From: Pseudomonas phage pPa_SNUABM_DT01
Sequence record: MW735835.1
Reading direction: 5' to 3' (one strand)
DNA length: 64,000 nucleotides
Position numbers and translations under genes: made by a program. Positions 35,680 to 44,914 of this stretch are shown in pieces. Position 1 is the first letter of the stretch, and every line of letters begins with the position of its first letter. The notes below the pieces were generated by a model, which worked only from the letters and a program-made list of their open reading frames with translations, did no database searches and was not told the origin of the DNA.

Positions 35680-37056
35680 TTACTCCAGTTCAGGCTCGCC
35701 AGTACCGCCACCCAGGGACTCGTCGTTATACGAGTACTTGGAAGCAACGATCAACTGGAAACGATCCAGGGTGTAGGAGACGTACAGCACGCCGTCTCGG
35801 ACCAAACGAGTGAACTTCACCGGTACGGCCGAGTCAGGGGTCATCTCTTCAGCTACAGTCAGCATTTCTGCCAGTGCGAGCACGAAGCGACGGGTCTCCG
35901 GATTCATCCGCATGAAATCGAGCGAGGTCGAGTCCACGTTGATGTAATCGTAGTACCGCTGAACGAACGAGGTGATACCATCACGGTTGTGCGGACCACC
36001 TGCTACGGTGACGGTGATGGCCTTGTGGCTGGCACCGAACACTTCAGCGTTGCTGTCGAGGTATTCCTCGGTGTAACCCTCACCCTTGACCAGGCGCTTG
36101 AGCTGCGCCTTACCGGCGTTCATGTTGGTCACGGAGCTGTACAGGCCTGCTTCCAGTTCCCGGTTGGGAATGGAGTAGTTGCCCCACAGTGGAACGAACA
36201 CGAACTCGGTGGAGGTGAAGATCTCCGGGAAGATCTCAGCCCACTCTTCCTTGGTGTGAGTCGAGTTGTCCAGGATGTAATCCCGGATGGCCTCTTTGAT
36301 CGCATCGACGTTGTTACCGGCGATGCCGTAGATCATCGGAGTCCAGTAGGTTGCGATGCGGCGGGTCTTATCCGTCGGGTCGGTCGGGTCGAACCACTCG
36401 TACATCGGACCGCTGATGTAGGTCTCAGGATAGACTTCCTGAATTTCCTGCACCCGGGCCATCTTCAGCTCATGGGTGAAATCGGCCAGGGCCGTGATCA
36501 CCGCAGTCCGCCCCAGGAAGAACACGTCCAGCTCTTGTACCGGCGGTACCACTTCGATGTGGTACTCGTCGTACTGCTGTTCGAAGGTTTCCGAGGCGAA
36601 CCACAGCTTGTACTGGAGGGTGTCATTGGCGATCGCATGGATCTCGATGACACCCGGCAGCCAGAGGTTCTGACCACCTTGCACCATTTGCCCGACACTG
36701 TGGATCGAGTACTTGGTGCCCCATTGTTGGATGAACGCAGTGCGGAAAGATTCAGCACTGGCAGTGAACTGGCCTGCCAAGGCCCGCTCATACGCCCACT
36801 TGCTCACCAGCAGCAGTTCGCCAGCCAGCACAGGGTTGGTCTGCTCGGCAACACCTTCGCGTTTGCTCGAGAATACGACCAGGGTATGGCCCGGCGCAGA
36901 GGCCGAGTTCAACTTCTCTTTGTTGCGACCATATGTCCATGCCCGATCGGAGAGTTCCCCAATCGGGGAGACTACATCGACCGTGTTGTCGATCAACGCG
37001 GCGATCTGGCAAAAAGCCTTCAGTTTATACATTTCACTCTCCGTTCGGATTGCCAC
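35680..37056 (-). CDS. Hypothetical protein (458 aa)
   Basis: A long ORF. No motif recognised. Confidence 0.7.
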   Translation of the reverse strand: MAIRTESEMYKLKAFCQIAALIDNTVDVVSPIGELSDRAWTYGRNKEKLNSASAPGHTLVVFSSKREGVAEQTNPVLAGELLLVSKWAYERALAGQFTASAESFRTAFIQQWGTKYSIHSVGQMVQGGQNLWLPGVIEIHAIANDTLQYKLWFASETFEQQYDEYHIEVVPPVQELDVFFLGRTAVITALADFTHELKMARVQEIQEVYPETYISGPMYEWFDPTDPTDKTRRIATYWTPMIYGIAGNNVDAIKEAIRDYILDNSTHTKEEWAEIFPEIFTSTEFVFVPLWGNYSIPNRELEAGLYSSVTNMNAGKAQLKRLVKGEGYTEEYLDSNAEVFGASHKAITVTVAGGPHNRDGITSFVQRYYDYINVDSTSLDFMRMNPETRRFVLALAEMLTVAEEMTPDSAVPVKFTRLVRDGVLYVSYTLDRFQLIVASKYSYNDESLGGGTGEPELE

Positions 37057-37115
37057 TTACTTTATGACAATCGTTAAAGAAAACTCGGAACGTCCATACC
37101 ATTTTAGGGATTAAG

Positions 37116-37571
37116 ATGCAACTTCTGGCATTGTTTAAGGTCATCAAGGCGGCCCTCCTCTTCGTGAGAGAGATTTGGCTCCGCGATCGTACCTTCAGAC
37201 AGTTTGTCCGTGAGAATCTCTCCCTGATCGTGACTTCGTTTGGTTTTGTCATCATGACGATGTTCTTCCTCCATGTGGTAGGCATCGTGAAAGATCAGGA
37301 AGCGCAGCTCGTCGAAAACGAGCACTCCATGGCAGCGCTGAAGAAACAGATCGAGAGCGAAATCCCGTTCCTCAAAGAAAAGTTGGAATGGTACCGCGAT
37401 AGATATTACGAACTGAAAGCCCCCAAGCAACCTGCTAAGGGCAACTCACCAACGGCGCATAAGGAACCCACGCCACCTCCAACCCCGCGACCCAAGCCGG
37501 TAGAGAAGCCGACCATCAATCGCCCGCCATCCAACGACATCCAAGAGCGTTGGAAACGGTTAAGTCAATAG
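37116..37571 (+). CDS. Candidate i-spanin-like membrane protein (151 aa): TM helix, coiled coil and Pro-rich tail
   Basis: The TM helix is LSLIVTSFGFVIMTMFFLHVVGIV. A helical heptad-like region (QEAQLVENEHSMAALKKQIESEIPFLKEKLEWYRDRYYELK) follows. The tail PTPPPTPRPKPVEKP is Pro-rich. Confidence 0.45.
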   Translation: MQLLALFKVIKAALLFVREIWLRDRTFRQFVRENLSLIVTSFGFVIMTMFFLHVVGIVKDQEAQLVENEHSMAALKKQIESEIPFLKEKLEWYRDRYYELKAPKQPAKGNSPTAHKEPTPPPTPRPKPVEKPTINRPPSNDIQERWKRLSQ

Positions 37572-37580
37572 GTCCCAACC

Positions 37581-37943
37581 ATGATCGCCAGATTCTTCGA
37601 TGGAAGCAAGGTGTTTTACCTGTTTTGGATTGTGGTATCGCTGGGTTCTTGCACCTACATCCAGACCAACGACAATCGTGTCTTCACCCTGAGCTTGCAG
37701 CCGGATCAGACAGAGTCTGGCTGTGGCGAGTTCAAGCGCAGCATTCACCTGGACCATAAACGGCCCATCTTCCCCAAGGTCGATATAGCGTCCCTGTCCC
37801 CTGACGAAATCAACGACCTATTGATGTCACACACCGAGAAGCTCATCCGCTACCTGGATAATGAGGAGCGATTCCTCCTGGAAGATATCATCCGGCACAA
37901 CCAGAAATGTGCCCCGGACGAGCCCGTAGTTTTTCAGAAATAA
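37581..37943 (+). CDS. Candidate o-spanin-like lipoprotein (120 aa)
   Basis: The N-terminal signal peptide MIARFFDGSKVFYLFWIVVSLGSC carries a lipobox-like L-G-S-C. Additional Cys residues (ESGCGEF, KCAPDE) follow. The gene lies immediately downstream of the i-spanin-like gene. Confidence 0.4.
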   Translation: MIARFFDGSKVFYLFWIVVSLGSCTYIQTNDNRVFTLSLQPDQTESGCGEFKRSIHLDHKRPIFPKVDIASLSPDEINDLLMSHTEKLIRYLDNEERFLLEDIIRHNQKCAPDEPVVFQK

Positions 37944-38000
37944 TCCGGTGTATCTCATGAGCATTTGCCAAGTGCTAAACAATCAAACAAGGGCGCAGTA

Positions 38001-39503
38001 ATGACCGAGGTCAACAAGGACAATCCGACTGGAGTCGCGTACCACGGGGTATTGTACGCGGACGGTGGATTTTACAGCAGCGAACGCGCTGGGGGGTGGG
38101 GTTTACACGGTTACGTGTACTCAGCGGAGAGTTTGCCGGATAAGGCTAAAGGAAGCGGGGTGCCGGGTTCGACACCAACAGCCAAGGGTTACAGTGATAC
38201 CAAGGATGAAACCAAAGCCGTCAACGTCCTCAACTATATCGACAGTTTCGGTGGGGTGCCTAAGGCATCGAGCAACAACCACACCGAACTGCTAGCCGCG
38301 AAGGAGGCACTCACATACGTCCTTGAGAAGGGCTTGCATCAAACGACTATCTACTCGGATTCCGAGTATGTGGTCAAAGGTGTCAATCAGTATCTCGATC
38401 GCTGGAAGCAAACCGGCTGGCGAAACCGCAATGGCGACGAAGTGTCCAACAAGTCGGACTGGCTCGCTGTGGATTCGTTGCTGACGCAACTGCGCGACAA
38501 CCAGAACCAGGTGACTCTGGCCTGGATCAAAGGCCATAACGGCCACACAGGTAATGAGAAAGCGGATTCGTGGGCAGGTAAGGGTAACTGCATCGGCCTG
38601 AACGGATACGATCTCAGCTTCAAGCTCGAACAACCTCCTGAGGGGTACTGGAAGAGCGTGAGCAACTACAACCGAATGCTGGATCAGCCCAAGTGGTACT
38701 TTAGCTCTGATGCGAAGGAGTGCCGACTCTCTAAGGACGGTCGCCACGTTTACTGGACTGGGCAGCACGGGGACGACGAAGACGTCGCCAAACCTCAATC
38801 TGACTCGAGCAACGCGGTACTGTACCTCAAGGAACAGCTCCCGGTGTTGGAGAAGGTGCGAGAGCACTTTGTTGAGAAAGACCATCACCAAGTAGGACAC
38901 CTATTCGTTGGCGCCTTGCGTAACCTCCTGAATGCAAACGTGGCAGAAGACATCCATCGCTTCGGCCTCAAAGTGTTCAAGGGGAATAAAGCCAACTGGA
39001 GCCTTCAGACCGAGAAGAAAGTACCGGTCGTTCATCATGTCACCCCGACGGGGCTGTCCTTCTACAACGTGGACAACCTCACCAACATGACGGTCATCCT
39101 TGACCAGTTCATGGAAGGGGACAAGTCGGTACTTGTGACCGATTTGACTGACCTACTATATGAAGCCGTGGAAAAGAAAGCTGTGACCACGCGGAAACTA
39201 CGTAAGGAGATCGCCAATACGGTGAAGCACCTGGACGTGTCCGTGGGGTACAACACAGCCTTTGCCCGCGAGCTGAGGGCGATGGAAGACGTCCCGAGAA
39301 AGGTAGCGAAAGTTCGCCTGATCGTGGGGTCTGACATCATTGGTCGAAATGCCCTTGCGGCACTCGCTGAAACCGTAAAGCGAGTGGTGGTCCTTACCTG
39401 GCGTGAATCGGACACGGTCATTCGTTACGCAACGGTGATCGAGACGGAGCACGACATCGGTATTTGGGCTAACCCGTTCGGGAATTTCAAACTGGTGAAC
39501 TAA
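38001..39503 (+). CDS. RNase H1-domain protein with a ~300-aa C-terminal extension (about 500 aa from ATG 38001; the track ORF starts at TTG 37965)
   Basis: RnhA-type motifs are VLYADGGF, NNHTELLAAKEAL, TIYSDSEYVVKGVNQYLDRWKQTGW, VTLAWIKGHNGHTGNEKADSWAGKG, giving the D-E-D-D catalytic set. Confidence 0.75.
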   Translation: MTEVNKDNPTGVAYHGVLYADGGFYSSERAGGWGLHGYVYSAESLPDKAKGSGVPGSTPTAKGYSDTKDETKAVNVLNYIDSFGGVPKASSNNHTELLAAKEALTYVLEKGLHQTTIYSDSEYVVKGVNQYLDRWKQTGWRNRNGDEVSNKSDWLAVDSLLTQLRDNQNQVTLAWIKGHNGHTGNEKADSWAGKGNCIGLNGYDLSFKLEQPPEGYWKSVSNYNRMLDQPKWYFSSDAKECRLSKDGRHVYWTGQHGDDEDVAKPQSDSSNAVLYLKEQLPVLEKVREHFVEKDHHQVGHLFVGALRNLLNANVAEDIHRFGLKVFKGNKANWSLQTEKKVPVVHHVTPTGLSFYNVDNLTNMTVILDQFMEGDKSVLVTDLTDLLYEAVEKKAVTTRKLRKEIANTVKHLDVSVGYNTAFARELRAMEDVPRKVAKVRLIVGSDIIGRNALAALAETVKRVVVLTWRESDTVIRYATVIETEHDIGIWANPFGNFKLVN

Positions 39504-39513
39504 GGGTTCGGCT

Positions 39514-39894
39514 ATGTACCGATCAGTTGCGATGAACCAATCTCACGGATTTTGGACATCGGCCAAACGGACACTGTTCGTGGTCAGTCTGTATTTCCGT
39601 CTGATTCGGAACTACGATCCTGACGAGTCCCTGCTCGCTGAGTTCAACAGGCTCTTCTACTTGGTCAATGACCCAAGGTCCTTGTCCTTCCCGGCCATGA
39701 CGGCTCGGGTGTTGTGGAAAGGGAACATGGTCGATCAGGTGGTGGAGTGCTGTGAGCAAGGAGATTTCAAGCAGGCTGTTGAACTGGTCTACGGCACCGT
39801 GCCCAAGTGGCTTCGGTACCTGGACAGGGAAACGATGCTTCGTGACGTCGAGCGTGTATTACGGCAATCGCAGCACCGTGAACAAATCGCATGA
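39514..39894 (+). CDS. Hypothetical protein (126 aa)
   Basis: ORF with AAGGG upstream. It is followed by the hairpin at 39904-39930. Confidence 0.5.
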   Translation: MYRSVAMNQSHGFWTSAKRTLFVVSLYFRLIRNYDPDESLLAEFNRLFYLVNDPRSLSFPAMTARVLWKGNMVDQVVECCEQGDFKQAVELVYGTVPKWLRYLDRETMLRDVERVLRQSQHREQIA

Positions 39895-39903
39895 TGCGGC
39901 ATA

Positions 39904-39937
39904 GATGGGAGGGACTCGTGCCCTCCCATCGACTTTT
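39904..39937. terminator. Hairpin GATGGGAGGG-actcgtg-CCCTCCCATC plus TTTT, between convergent genes
   Basis: A 10-bp GC stem preceded by GGCATA and followed by GACTTTTATG. Confidence 0.6.
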
Positions 39938-39948
39938 ATGCGCGTTGC

Positions 39949-40803
39949 TTATTTTCGCATCTCTTTCATGCTGTCTTTCATGGCTTCAGAGAACTGACGC
40001 ACACGGAACAGCAGGGTGCCGTAGGATTCCATTTCCTTGGCCATCAGCAGGGTCAGGTCGACCAGCTGTTGGATGCCGATGTCCACGGCTTCCTGGTTGG
40101 ACAGGCTCTTGTCGGCGATGGCAGCTTGTACAGCGGCCATTACGCCGCCAGCCAAGGTCATGGCACGATCAACGGCGTCCACTGCCTTCTTGGCCGGATG
40201 GGCCTTATCGAGGGCGATGGTGTCGTTGAGGTTGTTGTAGGTGGTGCGGATGTCAGTTTGACGTTCTACCACCGAACCCAACATGCGCGTGATGTGGTTG
40301 CTCTTGCCGTCGAAGTAGGTCTGGCCGATGTTCACCATGCTGGTGGTCAGGCCCAGGCCCATCGGGCCGTTGTGACCGATGCCGGAGGCGGAAGTGAGCA
40401 GCGTGGGGTCGTAGGTAATGCGGCCCAGGGTCTCACAGAAGCTACGCAGCATGTATTCCAGTTTGGTAGCGTCGCTCATGGCTTGCTTCAGAGCAGCCGA
40501 GTACGGTACCCATTGACCCACGAAGCCCTCAGGAACGATGACGGGCTTGTTGGACGCATCCACGAAACCTACTTTGGCCACGAAGCCTTCGAGGTCGCGC
40601 GGGGTCAGGCCGGTGATGGCCAGAGCAGTGAACTTCATCTGGTTGAAGAAGCCACTGGCGGCGCGGAAGAACTGTGCCCCACGGTCGCGCATCTTCATGG
40701 GGTTGACGTTCGGCATGCCGTGTTCCATGGAGATGGTGCGCGCCATGCGCTCCAGCGATTCCAGGGAGACGCTGTCGAAATCGTCGACGATGTTCTGGTT
40801 CAT
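39949..40803 (-). CDS. Hypothetical protein (284 aa)
   Basis: A long ORF that is divergent from the RecA-like gene. No motif recognised. Confidence 0.7.
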   Translation of the reverse strand: MNQNIVDDFDSVSLESLERMARTISMEHGMPNVNPMKMRDRGAQFFRAASGFFNQMKFTALAITGLTPRDLEGFVAKVGFVDASNKPVIVPEGFVGQWVPYSAALKQAMSDATKLEYMLRSFCETLGRITYDPTLLTSASGIGHNGPMGLGLTTSMVNIGQTYFDGKSNHITRMLGSVVERQTDIRTTYNNLNDTIALDKAHPAKKAVDAVDRAMTLAGGVMAAVQAAIADKSLSNQEAVDIGIQQLVDLTLLMAKEMESYGTLLFRVRQFSEAMKDSMKEMRK

Positions 40804-40889
40804 TCAGGATGACTCCGTGTTAAAAGAAAGTAGTTTTTCATATCGTTTGCGCACCAACCGTACACCTTCTCAAATGGAAAAGAGTCAAC

Positions 40890-42497
40890 ATGTCTAACAG
40901 TCCCTTTGCCAAGTTCAAGAAGGCGCCTTCGATTCGTCCGATGTGGAACATCGGGGCGCTCTTCGACATCCAGACCGGTAAGTACTACAAGGGCAAGTAT
41001 GGCGAGTCGATCCTGTGCGGTGGTCTGAACCACTTCACCGGCGTTGCTGGCCTGCCCAACATGTTCAAAACCGTAATCTCGCTGTTCCAGCTGGGTTCGG
41101 TCATGAACCGGGTCTCGCTCGCCATTATGATGGCGCATGACTCAGAGAATACGCTCTCGCCGGGGCGGATCACGAACGTCTTCAGGCAATTCCCTGAGCT
41201 GTTCGGTCGCGATTTGATCGATGACGAACGCCTGCTCTTCACCGACGCCAACACCTACACCGGTAACGGCTGGTGGAACGCCATGCGTGAATACGCTGAC
41301 GATCGCCGCAACAACAAAGACATCCTCATCACCACCCCGTTCGTCGATGACAACACGGGTGAGCTGATCAAGATTCCGTCTCCGACACTGGTCTTCCTCG
41401 ACTCGCTGTCCGGCCTTCAGACCGAAGGCGTCATGGACATGTACGAGAAAGGCGACGTCGGCGGCAAAGAACTGAACATGGTCGCCATGAAAGGCGCCGG
41501 TGCGAAATCCCAGCTGATCGACCAAGTGACCGGGGTGACCGGTGGTTCGGGCGTACACTTCCTGATGACAGCGCACGTCGGGCAAGAGTACCAGCTGGAC
41601 ATGTACAAGCCCAACGTCAAGAAGCTCAAGTTCCTCAAGGGCGATCTCAAGCTCAAGAAGGTGCCGGAGAACTTCTCGTTCCTTACCGCGAACTGCTGGT
41701 ACTGCGTGGCCCTCGTTCCGCTGATCGACGGCGACAAGCTGCCTGAGTTCCCGCGTGACGAAGACGACGATCTGAAGGGCGATACCGACCTGATCTGTAT
41801 CACGTTGGTCAACCTGCGTGGTAAGTCCGGTCCGTCGGGCATCCCGTTCGAGGTCGTGGTATCTCAGTCCGAAGGTCTGAAGACCGAACTGACCGAGTTC
41901 CTGTACTGCAAGGGTTACGACTACTACGGTATCAGCGACAAAGACGGCAACAAGGCCAAAGGCAAGCCGAACTTCCGTCTGGACCTGTACCCGAACGTCA
42001 ACATGACCCGTAAGACCATCCGTGGTCTGATGGAAAGTGACTCTCGCCTGAGCCGGGCGATGAACATCACTGCTGAACTGTGCATGATGCGCAACCTGTG
42101 GCACGACGAACTGCCGGATGAACTGCGTTGCAGCCCGAAAGAACTGTACGACGACATCAAGGCGAAGGGTTACGACTGGGACCTGCTGCTCGACACCCGC
42201 GGCTTCTGGCTGCCGCTCGAGGAACAAGGCACCTACGTCGACATCCCGTTCCTGTCGACCATGGACCTGCTCAACATGCGCGCGGGCACCTACCGCCCGT
42301 ACTGGTACGACGCTGCGCTGAAAGCCAAAGGCGTCGCTACCGCTGCAATCGCCACCGTTTCGGAGGCGAGCGCAGGTACTGACACTGGCAAGGTCGTCAC
42401 CCCGGCAGCCGTTGCCGAAGCGACCAAAGCCAAGAAGGTGACGGGTGCCGATCTCCTCAAAGAGATCGCAGATCGTCAGGGGGCGAAAGCTTCCTAA
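40890..42497 (+). CDS. RecA/UvsX-like ATPase (535 aa) with a C-terminal extension
   Basis: The non-canonical P-loop GVAGLPNMFKTV parallels UvsX-type GPSKSFKS. A RecA-like Walker B/strand follows (ILITTPFVDDNTGELIKIPSPTLVFLDSLSGL). The C-terminus is Ala/Thr/Lys-rich. Confidence 0.5.
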   Translation: MSNSPFAKFKKAPSIRPMWNIGALFDIQTGKYYKGKYGESILCGGLNHFTGVAGLPNMFKTVISLFQLGSVMNRVSLAIMMAHDSENTLSPGRITNVFRQFPELFGRDLIDDERLLFTDANTYTGNGWWNAMREYADDRRNNKDILITTPFVDDNTGELIKIPSPTLVFLDSLSGLQTEGVMDMYEKGDVGGKELNMVAMKGAGAKSQLIDQVTGVTGGSGVHFLMTAHVGQEYQLDMYKPNVKKLKFLKGDLKLKKVPENFSFLTANCWYCVALVPLIDGDKLPEFPRDEDDDLKGDTDLICITLVNLRGKSGPSGIPFEVVVSQSEGLKTELTEFLYCKGYDYYGISDKDGNKAKGKPNFRLDLYPNVNMTRKTIRGLMESDSRLSRAMNITAELCMMRNLWHDELPDELRCSPKELYDDIKAKGYDWDLLLDTRGFWLPLEEQGTYVDIPFLSTMDLLNMRAGTYRPYWYDAALKAKGVATAAIATVSEASAGTDTGKVVTPAAVAEATKAKKVTGADLLKEIADRQGAKAS

Positions 42498-42562
42498 TAC
42501 TCTGAGGCCGCTGTGCGTGGGCGCGGCGGCCTTATCCCAACAAGCCCACTGGAGACATTGCC

Positions 42563-42847
42563 ATGAGCAACTCGGTTGTGTCCGCCGTCGTAGACATGCT
42601 GGCGGATAAGAACCCCAACGCGGCGACTCGGTTCGCTCGCAACTTCAACCCCCCGGTGCGGGACGAGAACGAAGAGATTCGTGCGCTCAACCGTTTCTGG
42701 CGTGATCAGCTGTCCTCGCTGCACACTTCGACCATCTCGGCTCGTAGCTGCCTCGTTGACGACATCCGCCCGCGTGATTGGCTGCGCCATTTCCGCGACC
42801 TGGTTCTCCCCACCATCGTGGCTCACGATCTGCCCACCGTTCATTGA
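42563..42847 (+). CDS. Small hypothetical protein (94 aa)
   Basis: ORF with GGAGACATTGCC preceding the ATG. Confidence 0.55.
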   Translation: MSNSVVSAVVDMLADKNPNAATRFARNFNPPVRDENEEIRALNRFWRDQLSSLHTSTISARSCLVDDIRPRDWLRHFRDLVLPTIVAHDLPTVH

Positions 42848-42856
42848 GGAAATTCC

Positions 42857-43558
42857 ATGACCAGCCGTCAAAAGGTCACTGCATTCATCGTGAACGCGAT
42901 TGCGGACATTATTCCGGGTGACCGGTACAATGCCGATCTGACCCAGCAACGTCTGGACGCAATGTCGGATGCAGAGTTTGACCAGTATATCCGGTCGCTC
43001 GCGAAACCGGAAACTGAGGAAGGTCGAGCAACGCAGGAAATCCTGCCGTTCTACTCACCCAACCTGAAAGATCCGCGCATCACCATGGAAAACCTCCTGG
43101 TCGTCGCGGACAAGATCGGTCACAAGTTCTTCCAACAGCTCTGGCTGACCGATCCACACACCGGTCGGGTATTCCTGACCCCGCAGAAGTATCTCGTGCT
43201 TGACATGACCGTACGTCGTCAGGCCCAGATGCTCACCAAGAAGTCCTCCATCCCGGAAAACGCCAGGCACGTCGACGAAATGTCCGGTCAGGTTACTGGG
43301 AAGTCGAAGGGCTCCAAGATTTCGTTCCCCGAGCTGCAAGCGCAACTCGCCCAAGGGCTTGAGAACACCCTGATCGAAGAGATCAAGGTGCGCGGGGGCG
43401 ATCGGACGGCGCAAGTCGAGTTCGATCGTCAGCTAATCGAGCACGGGGAAGCCAGCATCTCTGATGTCACTGCCGGTGGCGGTGTCACCAAGTCAACCTC
43501 GTCTGTGGCCATCCTGTTCCGTGGTGCCATGATCGACAACAACATGGATGAAGTCTAA
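42857..43558 (+). CDS. Hypothetical protein (233 aa)
   Basis: GAGGAAATTCC precedes the ATG. The gene is tightly coupled to the downstream gene (TAATG). Confidence 0.65.
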   Translation: MTSRQKVTAFIVNAIADIIPGDRYNADLTQQRLDAMSDAEFDQYIRSLAKPETEEGRATQEILPFYSPNLKDPRITMENLLVVADKIGHKFFQQLWLTDPHTGRVFLTPQKYLVLDMTVRRQAQMLTKKSSIPENARHVDEMSGQVTGKSKGSKISFPELQAQLAQGLENTLIEEIKVRGGDRTAQVEFDRQLIEHGEASISDVTAGGGVTKSTSSVAILFRGAMIDNNMDEV

Positions 43559-44064
43559 TGACAGAAGGCGGCTACGCAGTCCACGACAAACGTATCCTGG
43601 AAGACCTCAAGCAAGCGCTGCGGAATTGGTGCAACATCTTCTTTGCCGATCCGATTACCGCGGCCCTTGGGGTGAAGGAACACATCGTCAACAATGACCT
43701 TCCAGAGCTGCGCCGTATCCGCTGGTATGCCACCAGTGACGAGATGGCCGCAGAGAAGCTCTGGCTGCGTTACATCGATAACCAGGAACTGGAAGCCAAC
43801 TCCGAGCTGCGCAACACGGTGTTTGACTTCTACATGTCCGGTGCGACTTACATCTGGCTACACACCCCTGTGGCTTCGGGTCATCTGGACCAGTTCATCG
43901 GCCATTTGACCCAGAGCCTCACCTGGGCTAAGAGCTGCAAGTTCGTCCCAGAAGCAGCCCGTGAGTACATGTCGACCCCCGAGGAAATGAAGACCTTCCT
44001 CAAGGGTAACCATTGGGCCGTCTTCATGGTGTTGCTGTCGATGTCGGAACTGTCACTCCAGTAG
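43558..44064 (+). CDS. Hypothetical protein (168 aa)
   Basis: The ATG overlaps the upstream stop. Confidence 0.6.
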   Translation: MTEGGYAVHDKRILEDLKQALRNWCNIFFADPITAALGVKEHIVNNDLPELRRIRWYATSDEMAAEKLWLRYIDNQELEANSELRNTVFDFYMSGATYIWLHTPVASGHLDQFIGHLTQSLTWAKSCKFVPEAAREYMSTPEEMKTFLKGNHWAVFMVLLSMSELSLQ

Positions 44065-44107
44065 TCGACTTTTCATCAGCAATACATTATCCTTACGAGG
44101 ATGCAAC

Positions 44108-44914
44108 GTGAATAACAACGTGTTCAACCTGCTGTTCGATCTCGATGCGATGTTTGATACGCGCATGGGGACTTTGTTGAACCTGAGTGAAGATGTGCAC
44201 ACGTTCCTGCCCATTCAGGAGTACCGCAATCGGACCAAGGACGATTTCGGGAAACTGACGGGCGGGCGTATTACTCAGGAAGCCTTTGAAGAGCGGTACG
44301 CCAAGCGCGACATCATGGTCTTGCGCCGTAGTCTGATCACCGGCCTCGTGCCGGTCGTTATGAGCTACATCGAAACTCTGCGTGAGCGGCTCTTCCGGGG
44401 TGTGGACGTCAGCGCCATCAACATCGACATCAACATCCATCCGTATATCTTGCCAGGCCCTATCGTGCAGACCATCAAGGACTGCTTGCGGGGCATCATG
44501 CCGACCTATGTCAGCATCTCTGCGGTGAGCTACGACCTGGACAAGCTCAACCTTGACTTTGTCGGGCAGCACTACAGTGGCTGGGCAACGTACGACATCC
44601 ACAAGTGGTTGGAGAAGTACCATGAGGCTTTGCTGCTCAAGCCGGTAAACGGACTTTCGGCCATAATCCCCAAGCTCTTTGTGCAAGAGCCTGGGGATCG
44701 TTCTGGACCGGAATCAGAGTTCTTCAACGGGGTGGATCGTCATGGTCTGCTGGAGATGGTCATGGAGGATTTCATCCACCTTGAACATGTTCCGGTCAGT
44801 GACTTCTGCTTCGTTGTACCGGGCAGCTACAAGATGCTGGAGGATCAGTCCTCTTCGCGTTCAGCAGCAGCGGCGTTCTCGGAAGCTTCTACGGCGGCTA
44901 CGAAGTCGTCGTAG
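44108..44914 (+). CDS. Hypothetical protein (268 aa), GTG start
   Basis: GAGGA lies 7 nt before the GTG at 44108. The 3' end overlaps the convergent 44845-45393 gene by 70 nt. Confidence 0.55.
   Translation: MNNNVFNLLFDLDAMFDTRMGTLLNLSEDVHTFLPIQEYRNRTKDDFGKLTGGRITQEAFEERYAKRDIMVLRRSLITGLVPVVMSYIETLRERLFRGVDVSAINIDINIHPYILPGPIVQTIKDCLRGIMPTYVSISAVSYDLDKLNLDFVGQHYSGWATYDIHKWLEKYHEALLLKPVNGLSAIIPKLFVQEPGDRSGPESEFFNGVDRHGLLEMVMEDFIHLEHVPVSDFCFVVPGSYKMLEDQSSSRSAAAAFSEASTAATKSS

Noticed and set aside
41142-42227. 361-aa minus-strand ORF inside the RecA-like gene; also 48399-50390 (+), 30332-31660 (-), 21941-23197 (+), 27736-30015 (+)
   Set aside because: They show antisense-type V/L/G/H/Q/R-rich composition, and each is fully nested in a better-supported gene on the other strand.
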